Shown: piece after piece, positions 37,558 to 46,482 of the stretch
Position numbering within the stretch: the first letter of the stretch is position 1
Layout: every line of letters starts with the position of its first letter
Assembly: GCA_012728275.1 (NCBI GenBank)
Contig: JAAYFK010000049.1
Span: 77,163-141,162, forward strand
Source of the DNA: Clostridiaceae bacterium
GTDB lineage: Bacteria > Bacillota > Clostridia > Saccharofermentanales > Saccharofermentanaceae
Length of the DNA: 64,000 nucleotides
Reading direction: 5' to 3'
Made by a program: the position numbers and the translations under genes
The notes under the pieces: model-generated
Databases searched by the model: none
Told to the model about the DNA's origin: nothing
What the model saw: the letters and a program-made list of their open reading frames with translations, nothing else

Positions 37558-38166
37558 TCATAGCAATTCAATAAAAGATTCCAAAGTATCCTCGTCAGAC
37601 AGAACAACACTATTATTGGAAGCCTTGCTAGTCTCGTTCTTTACGGATGTAGATTTATTACTAATAGTTATAGGACTTGAGCTTTGACCCGACTTCGAAG
37701 TAAGCTCTTCAGTCTTCTTCTTATGCGCAATACGTCTTTCTTCACGAAGTTTTTCTTTTTCCTTAGCCTCAGCCATCTTCGCTAATCTCTCTTCTCTATC
37801 CTTCTGAATCTTCTCAAGCTTCTCCGGATCGTTGATTTCTGCTTGTGCGCGCTTACTTAAGGAATCTATTGATTCAGGACTTATTACAGCCTTACTCTTT
37901 ATGGATTCCATCTTCTTTTTGCTTTCAAGCTTCTGCTTCTCCTCGTTCTCGGCAACCTTGTTACCAAGACTATTAAGCGCAGAAATATCTTCCGAACTAG
38001 GTTTAGAAGAAATGTTTTCTTTGTGAGAAACTTCTAGAACAGTCTTCTTTATCTCAACCTTGTCCAACTCACTCTTCGAAAAATCTGAAGCAGCTGATAC
38101 TATCGATTTGATGTCAGGAACTTCAACACCTGGTATAACATCATATTTCTTACTTTTTCGAACCAT
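37558..38166 (-). CDS. Hypothetical highly charged, predicted coiled-coil protein
   Basis: GGAGGT RBS; K/E/S-rich helical stretches (KDREERLAKMAEAKEKEKLREERR); 14 nt after the PP2C stop. Confidence 0.75.
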   Translation of the reverse strand: MVRKSKKYDVIPGVEVPDIKSIVSAASDFSKSELDKVEIKKTVLEVSHKENISSKPSSEDISALNSLGNKVAENEEKQKLESKKKMESIKSKAVISPESIDSLSKRAQAEINDPEKLEKIQKDREERLAKMAEAKEKEKLREERRIAHKKKTEELTSKSGQSSSPITISNKSTSVKNETSKASNNSVVLSDEDTLESFIELL

Positions 38167-38180
38167 ATTAACCCTCCAAA

Positions 38181-39263
38181 TTACTTAAAAAAGAATGCAT
38201 ATAAAATCAATACTATTATTACAAATATAAAGGACCCAAATACAAGATGCAATAGTCTTCTATTTACTCGAACCATAGGAGAGATCTTATCTTCTGTCTC
38301 CATAGCCTGTACCACACTTTGTGTTGTTCTCTTCGGTTCTCCCTTACTTGTCTTCGAATCAATCGAGATACAAGCAGAAGAATTCAGAATAATTTGTCTA
38401 GCCTTTTTAACTCTAGGTAACAATAGCTCTTGCAATTGTCTAAAATTCTCCGTTGCTCTTGGAAAAGCTTCGGCTCTACTAGGCAAACTAGATACATCCG
38501 GAGACTTCGTATCCACAAAATACAATGCGCCAAAAGAAGAGTCATCACTTACGTTACTCTTGTTAACTATATAATCTTCCAGAACTGATTTAACTTCCTT
38601 TTCGAAATGCTCTCTACCTTCCTTCAAAGTATCGGCCATTCGAACAACTACCGGTTTAACAAGACCAGAAGTCTCATCATAAACGGAATCTTGAACGCCA
38701 TCAGTCATCAAAACTATAGCATGGACATCATCTATAGTTCCCTTTGTCAGTCTTAAGTAATCGGCGGCGTGATTTGAAGTTACGAAGTAAGTAGTTGAAG
38801 CAATTTTTCCATTCTGCGGCATAGTAACAGGCGAAATTCCAGAAGGCGAGATTCTCGCAATCAATCCATCTCCGATGTGACCACAAATCATTCTCCTATC
38901 CTTAACAGCACAGAATAGTAACGTACATGAAAGCTTCTCTATTGAATTCAACTTATACTTCAAAATAACATCAGCCAAAGCAGTATGAGCAGCAGTAATA
39001 ATCATAGCTTTAATCGCTGCTTCCCTATTCTCAAAATACAACGCGTCAAAATGATCAATTAACAACTCAGAAACAGCTTGAGTTACGCACTCTGCACCAT
39101 ACTTGGCATGAGTATATACTTTGCCACCGGCTCCATCAGCAATACAAACCACACTTACACCATTACGAGACACTGCAACCGAAGAATCCTCACATGGAAT
39201 TCCTCTTTGCAAATGTTTTTGCCCAACTACAGTTACGGCGGCTACGTTTGTTTTGCTATTCAT
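38181..39263 (-). CDS. PP2C-like protein phosphatase (YegK/TerY-P type) with C-terminal TM helix
   Basis: GQKHLQRGIPCEDS, CIADGAGG, LMTDGV, SDDSS; terminal LLHLVFGSFIFVIIVLILYAFFFK. Confidence 0.85.
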   Translation of the reverse strand: MNSKTNVAAVTVVGQKHLQRGIPCEDSSVAVSRNGVSVVCIADGAGGKVYTHAKYGAECVTQAVSELLIDHFDALYFENREAAIKAMIITAAHTALADVILKYKLNSIEKLSCTLLFCAVKDRRMICGHIGDGLIARISPSGISPVTMPQNGKIASTTYFVTSNHAADYLRLTKGTIDDVHAIVLMTDGVQDSVYDETSGLVKPVVVRMADTLKEGREHFEKEVKSVLEDYIVNKSNVSDDSSFGALYFVDTKSPDVSSLPSRAEAFPRATENFRQLQELLLPRVKKARQIILNSSACISIDSKTSKGEPKRTTQSVVQAMETEDKISPMVRVNRRLLHLVFGSFIFVIIVLILYAFFFK

Positions 39264-39299
39264 CAAATTTCGTGACCCTACCTATTTCTTATCTCGTAA

Positions 39300-40025
39300 T
39301 TAGTCTTCCAAATACTTAAAGAAGTCATCAACACTAACTGAATCGCCTTCTGGTTCAGTACTGATGTTATAGAGAGCATCGTCCTTCATTCCTGAAGAAA
39401 CAACTGAAGAACTTGAAGATCCTAAGAATTCGAAAAGCTTAGAAAACTCAGCAGATGCAACAGAAATTGGTTCTTCTCTCTTCACAGACAGTCTCTTTAA
39501 TATATCAAGATCCGCACCAGAACCTACGCCAATATTGAAAACCACAAGCTTGTCTTTCGATTCCATCTCGTTGCATGCCTTAATAGCAAGTTCCATATTA
39601 GCCATCGCATTAGGGCCTTGAGGAGCGCCATCAGTAATGACAACTAGCCATGGCTGATAGTACTTGATACCAAGATCTTTATATCCTTCTTTTCGAGCAT
39701 TCAAGAGCTCTAGTCCTGTCAATATTCCTTCTCCAATAGGAGTAAGTGTAGTAGAAGCTGTTATTTCCGGAAAAGGATTATCTCTACTAATCTTTCCAAA
39801 AGGCATAACGATCTCAACCTTCTGACCAAAAGTTACAATTGCGATATCCGTTGCCGAACGCGTATCATCGTTGCTTTTAATTGAAGAAATGAAGTTCGTT
39901 AAGCCGATATTCAATTGCTTGATAGGGGTTCCCATCATCGAACCAGAAGTATCTAAGCAAAAACATATCGGCAAACGTCTCTTTGTACTATTTCCAAAAT
40001 CTGATTCATTAAATCCTTCTACCAT
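39300..40025 (-). CDS. vWA-domain protein, TerY/YegL-like
   Basis: RRLPICFCLDTSGSM (MIDAS DxSxS), TPIGEG, YYQPWLVVITDGAP. Confidence 0.9.
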   Translation of the reverse strand: MVEGFNESDFGNSTKRRLPICFCLDTSGSMMGTPIKQLNIGLTNFISSIKSNDDTRSATDIAIVTFGQKVEIVMPFGKISRDNPFPEITASTTLTPIGEGILTGLELLNARKEGYKDLGIKYYQPWLVVITDGAPQGPNAMANMELAIKACNEMESKDKLVVFNIGVGSGADLDILKRLSVKREEPISVASAEFSKLFEFLGSSSSSVVSSGMKDDALYNISTEPEGDSVSVDDFFKYLED

Positions 40026-40040
40026 ATTATCCTCCTTAAG

Positions 40041-41795
40041 TTACCAAGTAATTAGGCCTATTACCACTAATACAACTATAATTAAGAATAGAATCACTAT
40101 CAGTCTTGTCTCTAAAGAACTCTTAAACTGTTCGAAAAAGGTCTTTTTCTCTTGTTTTGAAGATGCACCTCGCTGCGAACTATAATTCAAAGAATACTTC
40201 GGTACAGAAGCTGCTCTCGAATTCATATCAGCCTCATCCATTTGATTCATTCCTGAATTCGGCGAACTCATAAAGCTTCTATTACTAACGATATCTCCAC
40301 CGCTAAAAGTAAGAGGTTCCTTTATCCTAGGTCTAATAACTACATCACTCCTACTAGAATAACTACTCTTTGGAAAAAGCTTATATGCCTCAGGATCTGA
40401 ATACTTCTTAGAAATCAAATCATTCTTATAATCTAATAATGCAGAATACCACTCAATATCCTCATATCTCTTGCCAAGTTTGAAAACATCATACAGCATC
40501 GTTCGAAGCTTATCAGGTAAATAGTTCCAAATTTGATCATATCCACCCTTAGGAATGAACTCATTATTTGAATTGTCAAGACGATAAGGGAAGTTCTTGT
40601 CTAGAATCTCTTCTCTTAAAGTTTCCTTACCATGTCGTGAAGCATAAGGATTCAAACCGCAGAAAAGAATTGAGAATACCAGCATAGCAAGAGAGTAATC
40701 CTCATTCTTCATTTCTCTCAAGAAGTGGGCAAAATTCTTTCCCCACAACGCAGTGTCAGTGAATTCCTCTGTTCCTACTGGACATGGAAGATTGCCAATT
40801 TGACAACTATCCATATCGATCAAAAATACACTAGAAGAAGAAGAGATTAAAGCATTCTTGAGCTGAATGTCCCCAGCTAGAATGTCATGCATATGAAGAT
40901 ATATGTACTTCTCTAGCAGATTGATTGCTGTATCTACAACATCTACCCTCATCCAATTGGGAAAGCAGTCAATGATAGCATCAGGGCCATCAAATACTGT
41001 ACTTAGAGTCTTGCCTTTTCCAAGACTCATAGTATTTCCTACAGGAGTTCCAGAATTGAAGAGTAAATCCTGAGGCCAGCAAATGCCAACACTCTTTATT
41101 CCCATTGATACCATGCGAGTAAGCTTAGCCCATCTCAGGGGAGTAATAATATCCTTATGAAAAATCTTAGCAACAACACCAGACTTATCTGTTAGGAATA
41201 CCATTCCCTCCGCACCGTTGTTCAATCTCTTCTCAAGACGTACGGGCTCCATATTAGCTGTATATACTATATCATTCACACTACAATAAACATCTATATC
41301 CAAAAATGAGTTATTAAAAGCTAGAGAACTAATAGAATTTAAAGCATTAGCTTCTATCAACTCGTGACTGTTCTCATATCGAATTAAACCTTCTGCGTTA
41401 ACAACAACTATTGGAATCAAGACCTCGTAATTATACTCAATGATTCTTTTTAAAAGAATGCTCGAAAAAGTAGTCAAAATACATGGATTATCAAGCATAC
41501 TAGCTGATTCCAAAAACTTACCCGTATCTAGATGTGCAATCTCATGAAACTTCTTCGCTGCAAGAAGATTCATACACAGATCTCTAAATGATTGACAAGT
41601 ACCCTCATCCTTATCATCTGCTTGATGAACTAAACAACTATGAAATAACTTGAAATTACTTCCTACATATATCTCCGAATTAGAACTGGAAATTGTAGAG
41701 TAAAATTGCGTAAATAGAGACGTACCTCCAAATTCTCGAAGGAAAGAATAGTCTAAAATAATAGATTGATAATTGCCTAAATCTTGAATGTACAT
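40041..41795 (-). CDS. YegI-like Ser/Thr protein kinase with extra N-terminal domain and C-terminal TM
   Basis: GAEG loop, VAKIFH, ICWPQD, GDIQLKN, LIDMDS, VGTEEF, DYSLAMLVFSILFCGLNPY; terminal LIVILFLIIVVLVVIGLITW. Confidence 0.85.
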   Translation of the reverse strand: MYIQDLGNYQSIILDYSFLREFGGTSLFTQFYSTISSSNSEIYVGSNFKLFHSCLVHQADDKDEGTCQSFRDLCMNLLAAKKFHEIAHLDTGKFLESASMLDNPCILTTFSSILLKRIIEYNYEVLIPIVVVNAEGLIRYENSHELIEANALNSISSLAFNNSFLDIDVYCSVNDIVYTANMEPVRLEKRLNNGAEGMVFLTDKSGVVAKIFHKDIITPLRWAKLTRMVSMGIKSVGICWPQDLLFNSGTPVGNTMSLGKGKTLSTVFDGPDAIIDCFPNWMRVDVVDTAINLLEKYIYLHMHDILAGDIQLKNALISSSSSVFLIDMDSCQIGNLPCPVGTEEFTDTALWGKNFAHFLREMKNEDYSLAMLVFSILFCGLNPYASRHGKETLREEILDKNFPYRLDNSNNEFIPKGGYDQIWNYLPDKLRTMLYDVFKLGKRYEDIEWYSALLDYKNDLISKKYSDPEAYKLFPKSSYSSRSDVVIRPRIKEPLTFSGGDIVSNRSFMSSPNSGMNQMDEADMNSRAASVPKYSLNYSSQRGASSKQEKKTFFEQFKSSLETRLIVILFLIIVVLVVIGLITW

Positions 41796-41904
41796 TTCAT
41801 AATCCTAGTTTTATTTACATGAATTCTACAATAACGCAGGTCAACGCACAAGCGAAAAATGAACATTTTGTGTCATAAATTAGGCAAACTTGTTAATATG
41901 GTGG

Positions 41905-43152
41905 TCACAGCTCGAAAGAAGAAAACAAATCATCGTAGTTCTCTCGTCTCCTAATGAGTTTGTCATCTCCATTTTCGGTAATTAACACCTCGGCAGGACG
42001 TAATCTGCAATTGTAATTCGAACTCATTGAATATCCATATGCGCCAGCATCTAGAACGCACACTAAATCCTCAGTCTTGATTTTTGGAAGAAGTCTATCG
42101 TCAGCAATGATATCACCGGTCTCACAAATGTTACCAACTAATGTAACCTTCTCCAAGTCGCCGTCAGTAATGATTTCACTGTTCCTTATTACTTCTATAT
42201 CATGCCACGCATCATAAATAGCTGGTCTAGCTAGTACATTCATTCCAATATCGGTACCAGCATATTTTCTTCCTGCATTATCTTTCGTTGCATGAACCCT
42301 GCCAAGAAGAACGCCACCTTCACAGCAAACATATCTTCCTGGTTCTGTTTTAAATAATGGCGTATAACCAACAGTAGAAACAAACTCGTCAACAAGAGCT
42401 TTGAATTTTACTTCAAAGTTTTCAAAATCAAAAGACTGCTCGTTATCAAGTTTATGGTATGGAACACCATAACCACCGCCAAAGTCAATGAATTCAAGTC
42501 TTCCAAACCTTTGAGCAACGCTAAGCAAGTTACTTACAGCCTGAAGGAAAGGCTCCGGATCCATAAACAGCGATCCTACATGCTGATTAATTCCAACTAT
42601 AGTAAGTTCATGCCTTGCAGCTATCTCTAGAGCCTCATCTATATCATCACGACTTATCGCAAACTTCGTATTTTTACCAGCTGTAACTACTTTACTATGA
42701 TGTCCAGCGCCAACACCGGGATTAATTCGAATTGCGCAACGACCGCCACGATCCAAATTACCATATCTTTCTAGCTGGTCCAAACTATCTAGACTAACCA
42801 GAATCCCGTTATCTATCGCAAATTGCATCTCTTGAGAGCTGACATTATTTGGAACAAAGAAAATTCTATCAGTTGAGAACCCAGCTTTCATTAAAAGTCT
42901 GATTTCACCTTCTGACATAGCATCAGCATTCAAACCTTCTTCATTAACAATCTTTAGAATAGATAGATTGGAGTTAGCCTTCATGGAATAATTTGCAACA
43001 TAACGATACCCTTGGATTAGCTTACTAACAGTTCTCATAGAGTTTCTTAAAATTCTCTCATTATATACATATAAAGGAGTTCCATATTTTGTTGCAAGTT
43101 CTTCTGCAGACACGTTGCCAAAAAATGAAGTTGATTCGATATAAGAATTCAT
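41905..43152 (-). CDS. lysA: Diaminopimelate decarboxylase
   Basis: YGTPLYVY, YSMKAN (PLP Lys), HVGS, DFGGG, EPGRY, GNICETGD, AGAYG; GGAGG RBS before MNSY. Confidence 0.95.
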   Translation of the reverse strand: MNSYIESTSFFGNVSAEELATKYGTPLYVYNERILRNSMRTVSKLIQGYRYVANYSMKANSNLSILKIVNEEGLNADAMSEGEIRLLMKAGFSTDRIFFVPNNVSSQEMQFAIDNGILVSLDSLDQLERYGNLDRGGRCAIRINPGVGAGHHSKVVTAGKNTKFAISRDDIDEALEIAARHELTIVGINQHVGSLFMDPEPFLQAVSNLLSVAQRFGRLEFIDFGGGYGVPYHKLDNEQSFDFENFEVKFKALVDEFVSTVGYTPLFKTEPGRYVCCEGGVLLGRVHATKDNAGRKYAGTDIGMNVLARPAIYDAWHDIEVIRNSEIITDGDLEKVTLVGNICETGDIIADDRLLPKIKTEDLVCVLDAGAYGYSMSSNYNCRLRPAEVLITENGDDKLIRRRENYDDLFSSFEL

Positions 43153-43170
43153 TTTATGTTCCTCCAAGTA

Positions 43171-45000
43171 TTACTCAATTCCTACCATTTTCATTAGGAA
43201 CTGTGCGTTAGAGTTCTTAGAAACACCATCAGACAATAGATAATCGAAGAAAATCTCGTTGTCATTATATGTTTCAGCAAAATGATAGTATACAACATTT
43301 TGCATTATATTCAAAGTAGAATTGCATAATGCATAATCGTGCGTCGTCATTAAACCACATATTTCTTGTGAGGACAATCGCTTAAGTACTGTCAAAGCTC
43401 CATCAGTTCTATCCTTCGAATTTGTTCCCCTAAAAATCTCATCAATTAAGAATAATAGTGGCTTCTTTTCCGAAGAAGCATGTACTATTCGAGAAATACG
43501 AACCAATTCAGCTCTGAAGGTACTCATATTCTCTTCTATACTATCAACTATCCTCATCGAAGACATAATTCTCATTCTTCCTAGAGTTAGACTATCTGCT
43601 GGTACGTTAGCTCCAATATAAGCTAGAATGCAATTGGTTCCTATAGTTCTAATCATAGTAGTCTTACCTGACATATTTGAGCCAGTTATTAATGCAATTT
43701 GAGATGATAGTTTAATCGAATTGGAGATTGCCTTTTGTGGATTGAGCAAAGGATGAAATACGTTTCTTCCATCAAAGAATGCATTCATCGGAGAATCAAT
43801 ATCACAGTCAACAAATACAGGTTTAGCGCTATTTCTAGAAGCAATTGATACCATTGAGGCTGACATCATAGCTTCAACAGCCGCAAGTGCTGAAATAGCA
43901 CCACTCAGAAACTCTCCATACTTATTTGACCAATCTACTAACTTATCGGCGCAAAACAAATCAAAAGGGAAAGCACAGTTCAGTATGAGCGCGAAAAGTG
44001 GTTGAGATCTTAGCATAGTAACCTTGCAAGCTCGCGAAAGAACTTCAAGACCCTTAGATACAGATTGCTTTGTGCTAGTAGCAGAAGCATTCGACTGAAT
44101 CAACCCCCTAGTAAATTCATTTGAAAGGTTTGACTTCTCGAGTCTCTCGAATAAAACATGAATAGCATCAGTTTGATCAGATATACCCTTAACTGCCGAG
44201 AAGAACACCTTATACCTTGAAGACAGAAATATCATTATTAATAGGTTTAAGACAATTATTGGAAAGCACACCAACTTTGCTACAGTAGTCGCTCCAATAA
44301 TCAGAGCTATCAAAGGAATGAACCAAAGCACAGGCATCACAAAATATAGAACTCTAAAAGCAACAGGATACTTATCTTTCTTAGTTGCTAATCCAAGAAG
44401 AGCCGAAGGCATCTTCCTCATATTCCCCAATCGCGCTATGGTTTGATATTCTTGCAAAAATTCTACAGAATTTGCTAATTCACTAATGGCGCCTTGTCTT
44501 CTTATAATTTCCTCAGTACTTCTTTCATCTACGTGCGCGAAAAGGAGTTCATCAGCAAAAGCTTTTCTACCAAAAGCGCTTTCAGAAACGTTATATAAAG
44601 CAAATAATGAAGTGTCTCCAAATACATCTAAATCCAAAGCATAGTCGTGCTTCTCATCATAGAATTCGCTTCCCTTATCCCTTAGCAATGAGAAATCACC
44701 ATCTATTCTAGCAATATACTCATCATTTATTGCACTCAGTGTCGTAGTGTACTCTAACTTCTTTTTCGCAAAATGATGATAAATGCAAATGAAAACAAAT
44801 CCACAGAGGGCTAGAATAGCAACTATAAAAAAAACAGTGGGATAGAAGTCCAACACAGCCAAAACAGCCGCTGGCACTACTAACACAAAAAAAACTAAGA
44901 ATCTGGATAGACTATATTTCTTACTAATACCATCAAGCGAAGAAACCATTAGATCCAGATTTAGTTTGCGATCAATATAAAATTGTTTATCTTTAGTCAT
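43171..45000 (-). CDS. Membrane-anchored MutS-related ATPase lacking mismatch-recognition domain I
   Basis: Two pairs of hydrophobic helices in the N-half; TGSNMSGKTT Walker A, STFRAEL, LIDEIFRGTN Walker B, TTHD. Confidence 0.85.
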   Translation of the reverse strand: MTKDKQFYIDRKLNLDLMVSSLDGISKKYSLSRFLVFFVLVVPAAVLAVLDFYPTVFFIVAILALCGFVFICIYHHFAKKKLEYTTTLSAINDEYIARIDGDFSLLRDKGSEFYDEKHDYALDLDVFGDTSLFALYNVSESAFGRKAFADELLFAHVDERSTEEIIRRQGAISELANSVEFLQEYQTIARLGNMRKMPSALLGLATKKDKYPVAFRVLYFVMPVLWFIPLIALIIGATTVAKLVCFPIIVLNLLIMIFLSSRYKVFFSAVKGISDQTDAIHVLFERLEKSNLSNEFTRGLIQSNASATSTKQSVSKGLEVLSRACKVTMLRSQPLFALILNCAFPFDLFCADKLVDWSNKYGEFLSGAISALAAVEAMMSASMVSIASRNSAKPVFVDCDIDSPMNAFFDGRNVFHPLLNPQKAISNSIKLSSQIALITGSNMSGKTTMIRTIGTNCILAYIGANVPADSLTLGRMRIMSSMRIVDSIEENMSTFRAELVRISRIVHASSEKKPLLFLIDEIFRGTNSKDRTDGALTVLKRLSSQEICGLMTTHDYALCNSTLNIMQNVVYYHFAETYNDNEIFFDYLLSDGVSKNSNAQFLMKMVGIE

Positions 45001-45943
45001 TGTTACCTTCTTCTATGCTATTGGGTTTCTCGTTTTTACCCTTTTTTTTGGAGACAGACTTTGATTTACTAGACGTCATCGAGTTACTTGATGCAGCTTT
45101 CGAATTCGCTTTAGTTTTAGCTCTCGCATCTTTAGAAGAAGATTCTTTACTATCGTTTGCCTTTTTACTTCTAGCTCTCTTCGGTACAACAGTATCTAGA
45201 ATATCTCCTATACTATCGTGTATGCACAATAATGCCTGAAGATCTAAATACGTAGAACTCTTGTTAATAATTACTACTCGATTATGCGTTAAGTATTCTA
45301 CATACTTCGCAGCAGGATATACAGTTAGAGAAGTTCCTCCTATTATCATCAAGTCACACATGTGAATAGCGATCTTCGCATCTTCTTCATTGTTAGCATC
45401 AAGATACTCTTCATACAAAACAACATCAGGACGTACTATACCGCCACACTTAGTACAACGTGGAACGCCAACAGAATCAAGAATGAAATTCAAATCATAC
45501 CTAGTCTTGCAATCCATACAGTAGTTACACTTAACAGAACCATGTAACTCTATAGTATTAGTGCTACCAGCCATCTGATGCAAACCATCAACGTTCTGCG
45601 TTATGATAGCCTTAAGCTTTCCTTGCTTCTCTAATCTTACCAATGCCTTATGTGCTTTGTTCGGTTTTGCCTTAGGATAACATAGCTTGTGTTTATAGAA
45701 ATCATAGAATTCTTCAGGATGCTCTATAAAAAAAGTGTGCGATACAACATCGATAGGTCTATATTTCAATCCGCTATCTTGATTAAATATACCTTCACCA
45801 CTTCGAAAATCCGGAATTCCGCTCTCAGTAGATACACCGGCACCGCCCAAGAATACAATATTCTCAGAGGAAGCAATCAACTCTTTAAGTTGCTCAATCT
45901 TCCCTTCACGAGCTCCTTCATATCTATCTAACCTTGTCTCCAC
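44993..45943 (-). CDS. cobB: NAD-dependent protein deacylase (sirtuin) with Lys/Ser-rich C-terminal tail
   Basis: GAGVSTESGIPDFRS, TQNVDGLH, ELHGS, CxxC...CxxC, RPDVVLY, GTSLTVYPAA. Confidence 0.92.
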   Translation of the reverse strand: METRLDRYEGAREGKIEQLKELIASSENIVFLGGAGVSTESGIPDFRSGEGIFNQDSGLKYRPIDVVSHTFFIEHPEEFYDFYKHKLCYPKAKPNKAHKALVRLEKQGKLKAIITQNVDGLHQMAGSTNTIELHGSVKCNYCMDCKTRYDLNFILDSVGVPRCTKCGGIVRPDVVLYEEYLDANNEEDAKIAIHMCDLMIIGGTSLTVYPAAKYVEYLTHNRVVIINKSSTYLDLQALLCIHDSIGDILDTVVPKRARSKKANDSKESSSKDARAKTKANSKAASSNSMTSSKSKSVSKKKGKNEKPNSIEEGNND

Positions 45944-45961
45944 TTACTACCCCGCTTAGAA

Positions 45962-46396
45962 TTAATTCATATCTATTGGATGACTTACTCCATCTTCAAC
46001 TTCGAGAGCACCAGATACACCGAACATTTCTTTACCAAGGATTCGTTTCTCATCACGTTCCTTCTCAATAATTGTACTTAATGCCTTCTTAACGCGCTCA
46101 GAATTCTTAATGTTCTTGATCTCAAATGATTTGGAAGTCTGATCAGCCGTATAAAGCATAATCGTTCCTACGCCAAAAATTCTTTGAAAGAAAGATCTCT
46201 TAATGTTGATATCCAATACACGGTACAAAAGAATCTCATCTTCTGATACATTAAACAATCCCTTACGACAATAGAATCTATCGTGATCAAATCTATACTT
46301 CGTAAAAGAAATAGGTAATCCAAGATATCTTTTTCTGTCCTGCCAAAGTACGTCTTCGTTACCAACAAGTTGAGTCAATCTATCAATCTTAGCCAT
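45962..46396 (-). CDS. Bacterial PH-domain protein (bPH_2-like)
   Basis: EILLYRVLDINIKRSFFQRIFGVGTI; GGAGGG RBS before MAKID. Confidence 0.8.
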   Translation of the reverse strand: MAKIDRLTQLVGNEDVLWQDRKRYLGLPISFTKYRFDHDRFYCRKGLFNVSEDEILLYRVLDINIKRSFFQRIFGVGTIMLYTADQTSKSFEIKNIKNSERVKKALSTIIEKERDEKRILGKEMFGVSGALEVEDGVSHPIDMN

Positions 46397-46482
46397 AATT
46401 CCCTCCATAAATACATAATACTCATTACATTATAATGTTAATTAATACTTGCCGCCATATAAAGAAAGAACGAAATGTAAAT

